Assembly (NCBI GenBank): GCA_951406725.2
Contig: OX597831.1
Span: 68,944,001-69,008,000 of the forward strand
Length of the DNA: 64,000 nt
Direction: 5' to 3'
From: Octopus vulgaris
Lineage: Eukaryota
Of the stretch, positions 22,180-33,598 are shown piece after piece (position 1 is the stretch's first letter; every line of letters begins with the position of its first letter). The notes beneath the pieces are model-generated. The model ran no database searches. It was given only the letters and a program-made list of their open reading frames with translations, and had not been told where the DNA came from. A program made the translations under genes and the position numbers.

Positions 22180-23020
22180 AAAAAAATGCATTAAAAATGG
22201 AATAAAAAATGATGGTAATTTTTTTTTTAATCGTTGACTCATCGTAGACATTTTTAGAGTTACTTCCCTTATATAATAGCGAAAAATGCATTAAAATGGA
22301 ATAAAAAATGATGGTAAATTTTTTTTTAAATCGTAGACTCATCGTAGATGCGCGCTAATACCCAGAAGGGCTCGATATGACTCATGACTATAAGATACCC
22401 GGTTTTGGTTACACTGCACCGCAAAATGTGGGAGTAGTTAGGAATCTAAATCGTAGGAGACAGACACACAACCTTACTTTTATATATAAAGATTTGTGCA
22501 ACAACTAAAACATTCGGTTGTGCAAATTGTTTGCACAGGAAACCTGCCCTGTGTGGTGGTAATTGCCATTTTTGTGGATCTGTTTCAGCTTTTTTAGCGA
22601 TTTCTGTTTTGGCGACTTCAAGCCATGAAGTCGTTGTTCTAAAAGAACGCTGGTCTCCTTGACAACGCATTACGACGTTGATTTCCTTACACTCCCTTCC
22701 CCACAGCTTCACATGGGAAGGAAGAAGTGGGAGAAGCAAACAGGTGCAGGTGTGAGCGTGGACGCCAACTCCGCCACCATCGACACACGAAAAAATATGC
22801 ATTAAAATGGAATAAAAAATTATGTTAAATTATTTCTAAAATCGTAGACTCATCGTAGACGCGCGCTAATACCCAGACGGGCTCGATATGAATCATGACT
22901 ATAAGATACCCGAATTTGGTTAAACTGCACCGCAAAATGTGGGAGTAGTTAGGAATCTAAATCGAAGGGGACAGACACTCACACAACTACAGTTTTATAT
23001 ATATATATATATATAGATAT
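22180..23020 (-). mobile_element. Tandemly duplicated Helitron-like 5'-terminal segments
   Basis: A ~210-bp block repeats at ~22283-22492 and ~22797-23020, with a shorter third copy at 22184. Each full copy ends in ttttatatata(t/a)agat, i.e. A|TCT(A/T)TATATAAAA on the minus strand, typical of Helitron 5' termini. Confidence 0.5.
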
Positions 23021-24320
23021 ATATATATATAGACATATATATATAGATATATATATATAGATATATATAGATATATATATGCAAATATATATGTGATATG
23101 TGTGTGTGTATTATATAGTTTATAGTTTAGAGACAGATATTCTCTGTATAGAATACACTTCGTATTGCTCATAGGTATATTTACAAAGATCAACAAATTC
23201 TTGTATTTGACAAGAATACTTTTCAGGCTGTTTCTGATTGTAATTTTGGATTGTGTTTCTGTGAATCAAATAATAAAGATTTCCTCATTAGTGCAACTGA
23301 AGTGTTTGTGACTACATGAAGGTGGGTAACATGTTGTACAGCATACAAGATTGGACCAATAGATATACTCTGTAATCTTACAAGGAAATAAGCCAGATGA
23401 AGATAACAAATTATACAACAGTATCTTCAGGGTATTAAAGTTGGGGATGAGCTCAACTCCAACCCGTTATTTCTTTCAAATGAGCAATTCAGTTAAGTAT
23501 TCTGTCTTTTATTTGTGTAGCTATGTATCTCATAATTCAATCTTTGCAGTAATTATCTCCTGAAAAATATCAAATTATGTATTTGCTATTTTCTTTATTT
23601 TCTATTTGAGGAAAGCTATTAACATGATAGCTTATAGCAGTTATCCATTTCCTGTCAAGTTTGCAATGAACTATTTCTACACTAATCACTAATGTATAAT
23701 TTACCTCCATGACTTCAGACTGTCTCTCACAGAATTTGCACCTAAGTCCAGATCTAGTTCAATTACTTTTTCTTTTTTGCATTAACATTAAACTTTCTTT
23801 TAGTTAAGAGAATATTTGTAATTTAAACATTTATTACTTTATTGTGTAAATCCTTTCTTAGACAATGAGTTGGTTAATAAGAAATGTTACTTTCCCATTA
23901 GTTCCATCTATTGTCTTATCTTTGCGAGGCTAATTTTTCACCCTCATCTCCATTAAAATAAAAGCATGCTGGAGTTTATCTTATACTATTCTCGATCTAT
24001 GTTATTTTTGTTCATTGTTTGCATTAACTTTCCTTTATCTTTAATAAAACTTTTCTTGCCAAAATGAAAATTAAAAAAAATACAAACGAGATAATAAATG
24101 GTTAGCTTTATTCATGATTTCATTCTGTTAAAAACATTAAAAAATTCAAAGACCTAACTTCATAAACGGAAGCAATTTCTTGAAATGAAAACTGCATGAG
24201 AACACACACACACACACATGTGTGTGTGTGTGTAAGTGAATGGCACATGAAAGGATTCAGCACACTTGGTTGGAGTTACTTGTATTTAATAAGTTTGTCT
24301 CTGTACCATATGACTTAAGG

Positions 24321-24518
24321 CAGTGGTTCCCAAACTATGAGTCGTGACCCACAGATGGGTCGCGAATGGAATCTTAGTGGGTTGCAAAAAGTTATAAAAT
24401 TATGCATTAGCTTTGATTAACTGCTGTCTATCGAGATAGTTCAAGACTTATAAGTGGGTCATCATAAACAGGTGTGATAGATAGTGGGTCGCGACTCTAA
24501 AAAGTTTGGGAACCACTA
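24321..24518. mobile_element. hAT-type MITE (198 bp)
   Basis: TIRs cagtggttcccaaact / agtttgggaaccacta; 8-bp TSD acttaagg at 24313-24320 and 24519-24526. Confidence 0.9.
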
Positions 24519-25582
24519 ACTTAAGGTTTCATGACCCATTCATTTCATCAGATGTTTGGAGGCTTTGGAAAAATTTAGGTCTCAATTAGACAGCTGAAGT
24601 CACATGGTATTAATTGGTATTAATACTATCAAAGTAATACTAATAATTTTCTTTATTTTTTAAAGTTCATGTAATTTCACAGACTGTTGGTATGATACTG
24701 GTGGTATTTTGATGGTAGGCTGTGACATAGTATATTCAGTAGCATCAGTTCCTTACACTGGGTGCCACACAGGGTGAGGTAATGTGTTAGATGGAGCCAT
24801 TAACTCAGTTATCGTTCAACTTGAAGTCAATTAACAAGGTATATCTTTAGTAGCAACAGTAAAATAGTTCATTCTTGCTATTGATGAATACTGTGGGTTG
24901 GTAGAACACTGCGTAGTTTCTCAAAGACACAAAGTTGGCAGTAGTGAGCTCTAAGTGAGTAAGGAGAGGTCCTGTCATTTTGATGGTTACAATGTCTCCA
25001 GATGAAGTGAAACAGGGAAATTGAGTTTCCCCTGACCCTGCATCTAAAGAATGCATGCACTATGTATAACGTCATTCAAAGTTATTGTTTGTCAAGCTCA
25101 TGTAGTGTCTTGTAATGCCGTTAGATGGCATGAGGGTGGGTCTATAAATTATGGCTTTTGAGAAGTAGCATCCTCCCAGTGGTCATTTGACAATTACAGG
25201 TTGTAATGGGAATTGGAGGTTGTGTAGATGTGATTCACACCTATGGTAGCGTGAAAAGTTTGAAGTGATATTGTCTAGGCATGAATAGCTGACCTTGACA
25301 TTAAGGGGATTGAAGGATTTATAATATCTATGGGTTCTAGGGAAATACATTTTAAATAGAATCAGCAAATTCCTTATTGAAACAGATTATTTTCTACTTT
25401 TTAACTCACTTCTGGTTTGGATGTGAGTGGAAAGTATATATGTGGGTGGGAGGTTCCTCCATACAGTCTAACTTATTGGTAAAGCCCCTCCTTGCTAATA
25501 CCTCATTTTAGTTGGATTTGACCCTGTTGAAAATCTCCCTGTGTGCTGATAGATTAGAGATTCTTCTACTGATGCCTGTTAC

Positions 25583-25772
25583 TATCATCATCATCATCAT
25601 CATCGTTTAACGTCCGTTCTCCATGCTAGCATGGGTTGGATGGTTTGACCAGGGATCTGGGAAGCCAGAAGGCTGCACCAGGCTCCGGTCTTATCTGGCA
25701 ATGTTTCTACAGCTGGATGCCCTTCCTAACGCCAACCACTCCGTGAGTGTAGTGGGTGCTTTTTACGTGCCA
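25583..25772 (-). mobile_element. RTE 3' end (family C) inserted in the PLE
   Basis: (CAT)n followed by gtttaacgtccgttctccatgctagcatgg... Confidence 0.85.
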
Positions 25773-26406
25773 CTATATTAATAATTAAAGCTGGAGGGTG
25801 ATTGGTGAGTTTATGAATATAAATAGTTTCCTCACTGCATTTTTTGTAGTGAATATACTTGCCTGACTGAAGGTTTAGGATTATATTCAGGAAGTTCCCA
25901 ATGTTAAACTGGTGGTAACTGCTACAGGTAGGCCAAATTGTTTGAAAACTTTTATCAGATTCTTCCTGATATTATCTATGGCATATGTTATTCATGTGGT
26001 TTCAGATTGACAGATGACCATTCCTATATAGGGCTGAAATATGAAGGTATATGCATTTCTTTAGAGTATCTAGGGTAAATAATCTAATGCAGGCAGGTAT
26101 GTTAGCCTTGTCATAGCTTCCCATAAGCACATCAGACAGTGCTTTATCCTCCTCTTTTTACCCAATGAGAATCATCTTCAAGTAAGATTGACTTTCTTGT
26201 GATCATGATCATTTTGAAATAGAGGTTGTTGATTTTGTTGAATTGCCTACCAAAATCTAGGGCCTTCAAAAGGAAGGATTTTGATATTGAATGGTAGATA
26301 TTCACAGTATGAAACAGGATGAACAAGCAGACCACTTCATTCTAGATGCTATGGAACCAACCAATTACTTCAATCCCACTGGGTCAATCCACAGCCCTTC
26401 TAATAT

Positions 26407-26586
26407 TGATTTCAAAATTTTTGTACAAGGCCAGTCACTTCAGGAGTTGGGGCAAGTCGATTACATCGATCCCAGTGCTCAAATTGGTACTTATTTCATC
26501 GATGCTGAAAGGACGAAAAGCAAAGTTGACCTTGGTGGTGTTTGAACTCAGAATGTAAAGATGGACAAAATGCTGCTAAGCATTTT
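26407..26586 (-). mobile_element. 5'-truncated SINE family B variant with a different tail
   Basis: Diverged family B central block; 15-bp TSD cagcccttctaatat at 26392-26406 and 26587-26601. Confidence 0.75.
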
Positions 26587-27099
26587 CAGCCCTTCTAATA
26601 TGGGAGCTGATGACATTACGATTACAATTACTTACAATGTCTTTTTCACTCTTGTGGGGTGGGTGGGTTAATTAGTCTGCATTTAGGATTAGAAAGGAAG
26701 TTGGGTCCTTAAACATAATATAAGAGGGGCAAGGCAAGGCAGGCCATGGAATCGTTTCTCTTTAGGAGGTTGGCTAGCACTTTCACTTCAGTGTTTGTAC
26801 CATTGTATGTAGAGATATTAGTTTTTATTTATGATGTTTGTAAGGATTTCTCTGTGTGGGTAGTGTTTGTTTCATATATATTCCTTTTGTTTGTTTTTTT
26901 TGTTTTTTGTCAGTGAGAATGTGTGCATTAGTTTAGGAAAGGATTAGAAAGATGTTGAAATATTGTCTTTTTGATGATGATGACGATGATGATGATGATA
27001 GAGATGATGGTGGTGGCTTAGCCCCATAAAACACTAAATCTATGAAATACAACTGAACACTTCATATTCATATTGTATGTATAAAACAAGTTAGCAAGA

Positions 27100-27850
27100 C
27101 AGAAGTACTTGCTCACCTGCATACTAATTTAGCAACAAAATCTCATTTCAGTGTTAGAAACCATCATAACACCTATTTCATCTGTGGCGGAATGAAGGGA
27201 GGTGAGGAGGGCAAAGTAATGACAGGACTCAGGACTGGAAGTGAAAGGAAATAATGTTACATCCAGAAATGGAATATTCAAACAGGCTTTTTCTTTGCTG
27301 GATTGTCAAGTGTGACAGACATGCTGAGAGGATTAGGGGAGTAGTTCTTTTCTGGTCAGAAGCTCAGGTAGAGTGTACATGTGGGTACAACTATTAGGTT
27401 CTGCTGGTTCCTATGACCCAAAGTTTAGATATACTCTTGCTGATTGCATCTCGAAGTAAGAACAACTGTTATTTACACCTGACAATTACATCATCTGCAT
27501 AAAAACAGAAAGCAGTATCTATACATGATACCTATTTACAGCCAAATAGACTGGATTATCTGAGACTAACAATGGATAGAGCACTGCTAAAGTAATAAAT
27601 TCAATAGACTCCTGAGCAACTTGTTGAATAACATTTTTCCAGTTAATAAGGAACCACTCTTGTGTAACTATTGATCTTCAGCTTTTCTGGTGTCATATAT
27701 ATTGTCATAATATCTTTTAATACTGCACAACTCTTTTTTCAACTGCAATTTGACTAGATTCTAAAGTGGAACAGATTATATTGTTTTCTCTAGAGAAATG
27801 TAAAAGCACTGTATAGGAGTGGGTCTAATCATCACCATCAACCAAATTAC
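27100..27850 (-). pseudogene. Decayed LINE RT fragment
   Basis: Minus strand reads FCFYADDV at ~27490-27512, with a PQGS-like remnant upstream. Confidence 0.5.
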
Positions 27851-28627
27851 TTTCTATTGCTTTTTGAGTAGAGAAAAAAAACTGAGTGTAGTTTCAAATA
27901 GTATTACAATTTTTCATGTTTTACATTGATCAATCATTTAACAATTGAATGGATGACTATCGAAGCAATGATAGTTAATAGGGCCATCAGCCTAAACAGA
28001 AAACCAAATTGGGAAAATAAAAAAAGAAGCAGCTCTGAAATTTGCAAACAAGCAAGACTAGTGGTCATATGAGCTGTTAATAAATCATTACTCTTGGCTC
28101 CATACTGAAGCTATTTGTCATTTATCTCTCATTGCACAAATACCTCTGTAACATTTGCTGAGTCAAAATGATCAAGTCTATTTCTAACAGTTCAAATTCA
28201 GATACATATATATATACACATGAAAAAGCATGCTAAACTGTCTGAAGCTTATTGCATTACAAGACAGTTCAATATCTTTGGCTGGCTTTTATTATTATCA
28301 ATGACCATGGTGGACACTATCGCAGAAGTGACACACAAGACTTCCAATTTTGATTCTTTCATTTTGATCAATGAAATCAGATAACTATTTCAACTTCTTT
28401 TAGAAGAACTCTGTGAGTCAAGCCTGATCTGACAAAATGAAGTAGCTTCATACTTGAACAGATAGCTAAGTTTAACGATTGCTGACTAACTGATATTAGT
28501 GATATTTCTTTCCTTTTCAAAGATTAACACATTTACTTTCATCATCAGACCATTTTTCCTCCTTCAACCATATTAATATTTAGAAAGTATTTACAAGTGT
28601 AACCATAGTTTATATACGCGAAACTAT

Positions 28628-29405
28628 ATCATCATCATCATCATCATCATCATTTAATGTCTATTCTCCATGCTAGCATGGGTTGGACGGTTCGACCGGG
28701 GTCTGGGAAGCAAGAAGGCTGCACCAGGCTCCAGTCTGATCTGGCAGTGTTCCTACAGCTGGATGCCCTTCTAACGCCAACCACTCCGTGAGTGTAGTGG
28801 GTGCTTTTTATGTGCCACCGGCATGGGTGCCAGGTGAGGCTGGCAACAGCCACGATCGGATGGTGCTTTTTACGTGCCACTGGCACAGAAGCCACGATTC
28901 AGATGGTGCTTTTTACGTCCCACCAGCACAGGGATCACAACTACAATTTCCATAGATTTTTGATGTTGGTGTACTTGACTCAATAGGTCTCCTCAAGCAC
29001 AGGGTTGAAACGGTGTTTCTTTACTTGCCACCTGCACAGGAGTCAGTCCAGTGGCACTGGTAACTGCCGGGTGCCAGTCATAGGATTGGTTCAATTTCGA
29101 TTCTGATTTCACTTGCTCCAACAGGTCTTCACAAGCAGAGTTTAGTGTCCAATGAAGGGAGGTTGGCAAGGGTGCCAGTCGTCGGATGAGGTTCGATTTC
29201 AAATTCAGTTTCTACTTCACTTGCCTCAACAGGTCTTTGCATGTCCAAGGAAGGAAAGTCATGCATAAGTGAGCTAGCTGCATCCCTGGCAAGGGACACG
29301 GGATGGACTCACTCATCTCACGCACAGCATATTTCCAAAGGTCTCGGTCACTAGTCATTGCCTCAGTGAGGCCTAATGTTTGAAGGTCATGCTTCACCAC
29401 CTCGT
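28628..29405 (-). mobile_element. Longer RTE 3' portion (family C) including ORF2 C-terminus
   Basis: VKHDLQTLGLTEAMTSDRDLWKYAV followed by the 3' UTR modules and (GAT)n. Confidence 0.88.
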
Positions 29406-29596
29406 CATATCATGTAGGAATTGTCCTACTGGTATTCTCATATTTTATTTTGTAGAAAACATGTTGCAATAACAATACATGTTTAAGTGAATTTTTTTTA
29501 TTTGGTTCCAGTACATAAAAAAAAGATCAATAATTTCTTTTGTCTTACAACAAGGTTGTATGTATATAGGTAGATAGGTAGAGACAAAACACACAT

Positions 29597-29629
<33 letters not shown>

Positions 29630-30469
29630 TATATTTCTCTGGACCATCAGATTGCTGAATGATTTGTGGGGATTTCCTTGACTAGACCATGGGGTTGTCT
29701 TAGAATTATCCCTGGAGAATACAAAAGTGGTTTCCTGTTGCCATCTTTCGGCATCTAGAGCAAATACCATAATGCTTATTGTTCCAACATTAATAACTCA
29801 GCCAATCCACTGGTTTGAACTTTATTTTATCAACTCTAGAAGAATAAGACAAAGATGATCATGGCAGTATTTGAACTCAGAATGTAATGCATAAGAAAAA
29901 AATATACAGAATAACATTTTCTCTGATATTGTAACAATTTTACCAATTTACCATGTAATATGGTGTAATATGGTTAAGTCCTGGTTTCAATTCAGCTGTA
30001 TGGCATCTTGGGCAAGAGCCATGGCTATAGCTTCAGGGTGATCCATATCTTGTAAGTAAAATTAGGCTGATGGAAACTGTGCAGAAGCTCATTGCATTAA
30101 GGGCACACATGTCTGTGGATTACTCTCTCATTTAAATGCTAATTCAATGAGTTTCCTTCATATATAGTTAGCATAATGAAATCCAGTAAATCATTGCTAC
30201 TCATTTTATTGATTTTGACAGATTCAAATTCTGCCTTAATATAAGAAATTGAACTGAAAAATGTGCAATACTAAATTAGAGATGGTATTAAAATTTTAAT
30301 TGTAGTTGGCAGCAAACTGCTTTTCATAATTTCCAACACAAGATCTGTTGGTGTCTTCACTATGCCTACGACATGGAAAAAGGTGACCAAACGTTTGTGG
30401 GTTCAAACTGATGGTGATCCTGTAAGAGCAATTTTATTGATTGTTTCCTATAAGATTGTTTCCTGTAGG

Positions 30470-30845
30470 TCCAAGCATGGCACTGTGGTAAAGAAGTTTG
30501 CCTCCCAATAACATAGTTCTGGGTTCAGTACCACTGTGTTTTCTACTATAGCCTGAGGCTGACCAAAGCCTTGTGAGTGGATTTGGTAGAGGAAAACTGA
30601 AAGAAGCCCATCATATATGAGTGTGTGTCTTTGTCTGTGCATTTATCCCCCATCACTGCTTGACAACCAGTGTTAATATGTTTATTTTCACAAAACTTAG
30701 TGGTTCAGCAAAAGACTGACAGAATAAGTATCAAGCTATGGAAAGAAAAAAAAAAGCACTGGGGTCCATTCGTTTGACTAAAATTTTTCAAGCTGGTGCT
30801 CCAGCATGGCCACAATCTAATGACTGAAGCAATTAAAAGATAGAA
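30470..30845 (+). mobile_element. SINE family A (diverged)
   Basis: Head, body and tail are recognisable. Confidence 0.8.
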
Positions 30846-31559
30846 GATCACTCAACTAAAATAGGGATTTAATATGGTATTGGAGAATAACAGAGATGAG
30901 TAGTGTTATGTGCTGTATCAATAATAAAGCTCAAAGCTTACTACTTAAGGTTTGAACACTTGATGATGTAACTGTTTTGTTTCTTAACTACACAGCCACT
31001 TTGCTTCATTTGTCATTCAAATAAATTCTGTTTCTCAATAAACATTGATGTGAATTTATTGGTATGTCATCAAGTGCAGTTATTTTTGTGAATACTTACT
31101 TCTGAGGAAGAAATCACCAATATATATTTCACTTGTCACCATATTCTAAGTTATAATATTGTTTGATATAGTTGAAGATCTTCAATAAACTTTCATATGA
31201 CAACTGCCAATATTTAAGACTTAACTTTGACTTTTCTAATACTTTCATTCAGACAGATCATCTTATTTCATCCTGCTCGTTCCAAAATTAAATCTCAAGA
31301 AGTTTTCTCTCCCTCTCTCTTTCATTCTGAAGTACAATATTGTAGGATAACTGTGTTTTATTTATGTGTGCCTTCCTTCACAGCCTTACTCTTCCTCACC
31401 ATCAAAACCACCACCACCACCACCCAGTAGGCTAATAAATTAAACAGTGTTCCCATTACGTTTAACAACTCACTATAGTTACGCACAGTACATGTTATTT
31501 ACAGCCAAGCTGAGCAGGTCCTGGCAACTTAAGTGCCTTGGATACAATATAGAAGATAT

Positions 31560-31942
31560 GTGGAGGCGCACTGGCCCAGTGGTTAGGGCAGTGGACTTGC
31601 GGTCGTAGGATCGCGGTTTCGATTCCCAGACTGGGCGTTGTGAGTGTTTATTGAGCAAAAACACCTAAAGCTCCACGAGGCTCCGGCAGGGGATGGTGGT
31701 GATCCCTGCTGTACTCTTTCACCACAACTTTCTCTCACTCTTACTTCCTGTTTCTGTTGTACCTGTATTTCAAAGGGCCGGCTTTGTCATTTTCTGTGTC
31801 ATGCTGAATATCCCCGAGAACTACGTTAAGGGTACACGTGTCTGTGGAGTACTCAGCTACTTACACATTAATTTCATGAGCAGGCTGTTCCGTTGATCGG
31901 ATCAACCGGAACCCTCGTCGTCGTAACCGACGGAGTGCTTCC
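31560..31942 (+). mobile_element. tRNA(Arg)-like SINE family F, full-length
   Basis: gtggaggcgc..tggcccagtggttaggg (A box), ggtttcgattccc (B box). 11-bp TSD atagaagatat at 31549-31559 and 31943-31953. Confidence 0.92.
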
Positions 31943-31956
31943 ATAGAAGATATATC

Positions 31957-32136
31957 AGCAGTGGCTGTATGGTAAGTAGCTTGCTTACCAGCCACATGGT
32001 TCCGGGTTCAGTCCCACTGCGTGGCACCTTGGGCAAGTGCCTTCTACTATAGCCTCGGGCCGACCAAAGCCTTGTAAGTGGATTTGGTAGTCGGAAACTG
32101 AAAGAAACCCGTCGTATATATGTATATATGTGTGTG

Positions 32137-32169
<33 letters not shown>

Positions 32170-32385
32170 CTGTGTTTGTCCCCCCAACATCGCTTGACAA
32201 CTGATGCTGGCGTGTTTACATCCCCGTAACTTAGCGGTTCGGCAAAAAAGAGTCTGATAGAATAAGTACTAGGCTTACAAAGAATAAGTCCTGGGGTCGA
32301 TGTGCTTGACTAAAGGCGGTGCTCCAGCATGGCCGCAGTCAAATGACTGAAACAATTAAAAGTGTAAAAAAGAGAGTAAAAGAGT
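31957..32385 (+). mobile_element. SINE family A
   Basis: Full body with internal (TG)n. Confidence 0.9.
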
Positions 32386-32804
32386 ATGTGTGTATGTGTG
32401 TATAGTAATATCTAAGGATCAAGGTGTAGGAAGTTAGTAAGCTTTGAACAGTCCGTAGTATAAAAAGCAACTTTCAAGAACAATAGCAGTATACTGACAT
32501 AGAAGGTTGTAAATTTGTCTATATTGAAGTTCAATAAGCAGAAAAATGTTACTTTATAGTTCACAGTTAGCAACTCCGACTGCTGTATATGGTAATGGAA
32601 ATCCCAAATTTGGGAATGGAATGGAATAGATAAGTCCGATGTAACCTTCATTTGACTGAAGTATCTTTTGGCTTGAAGTGTAGCTAGCAAGGTAGCCTGC
32701 ATTTGGGTAATTACTACTTCAGAGATTCTGCTAGCTAGGAAACATTTGTAAAATACTCCATCACCTAATTAGGATTATATATATATATATATATATTTAT
32801 TTAT

Positions 32805-32871
32805 ATCTTCCTCCTCTTTTTCCTCCTCTTCCTCCTCCTTTTCCTCTTCCTCATCTTCCTCTTCCTCCGCC

Positions 32872-32917
<46 letters not shown>

Positions 32918-33165
32918 CCTCCACCTCCTCTCCCTCCTCCTCTTCCTCTTCCTCCGCCCCCTCTTCCTCTTCCTCCGCCCCTCTTCCTCTTCCTCCGCCC
33001 CTCTTCCTCTTCCTCCGACCCCTCTTCCTCCTCCTCCACCTCCTCATCTTCCTCTTCATCCGCCCCCGCTTCCTCCTCCTCCACCTCCTCATCTTCCTCC
33101 TCCTCCTCCTCCGCTTCCTCCTCTTCTTCTTCCTCCTCCTCCTCCTCCTCATCATCATCATCCTC
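32805..33165. repeat. Polypyrimidine (CCT/CTT)n low-complexity tract merging into the (CAT)n tail of a family C element
   Basis: Directly visible; it generates the spurious R/E/G-rich ORFs. Confidence 0.9.
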
Positions 33166-33590
33166 ATTTTACATCCATTGTCCATGCTGACATGATTTGA
33201 CCAGGGCTGGTAAGCTGAGGAGCTGCACCAGATTCCAGTCTGATTCAGCATAGTTTCTATGGCTGGATGCTCTTCCTAATGCCAACCACTTTACAGAGTG
33301 TACAGGGTGCTTTTATGTGCCAGCAGCATGGGGGGGGGGGGGCAGTTGTGTGACACTAGTATCTGCCAAGACTACGATCTCACTCAGCTTGATGGATCTT
33401 CCTTCTCATGCGTAGCATATTGCCAAAGGTCTGTCATTTGTCATTGCCTCCACGAGGTCCAACACTTGAAAAGTGCTTTTTATGTGCCATCAGCATAGGT
33501 ACCAGTTACATGAGACTGACAACGGTCACAACAACGATTTCACTTGGCTTGATGGGTCTTTGCAAGCATGGTATATTGCCAAATGTATCA
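33145..33590 (-). mobile_element. Diverged RTE 3' end (family C)
   Basis: ccatgctgacatg...ggctggatgctcttcctaatgccaaccact. Confidence 0.7.
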
Positions 33591-33598
33591 CTCACTAG

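Larger units (their letters stand above)
24527..26900 (-). pseudogene. Decayed Penelope-like element (RT plus GIY-YIG), interrupted by two insertions
   Basis: Minus-strand motifs RKSILL...WVKR, LMGSYD, YRNG (YRDD-like), YFP...FNPLNVKVSYSC, C.LC..EK and INSKNEL..CC. A hammerhead half lies at 24527-24560. Confidence 0.8.

Noticed and set aside
28250-28480. Possible SPIN/Charlie hAT transposase fragment (minus strand MKLLHFVRSGLTHR)
   Set aside because: Too short and frameshifted to support as a feature without a search.
31560-31640. Functional tRNA-Arg gene (also 46057 and the heads at 52330-52480)
   Set aside because: The acceptor stem does not close, and the heads are embedded in TSD-flanked SINE bodies.
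32775-33251. Arg/Glu/Gly-rich protamine- or RGG-like ORFs
   Set aside because: Translation of a (CCT)n low-complexity tract joined to an RTE tail.
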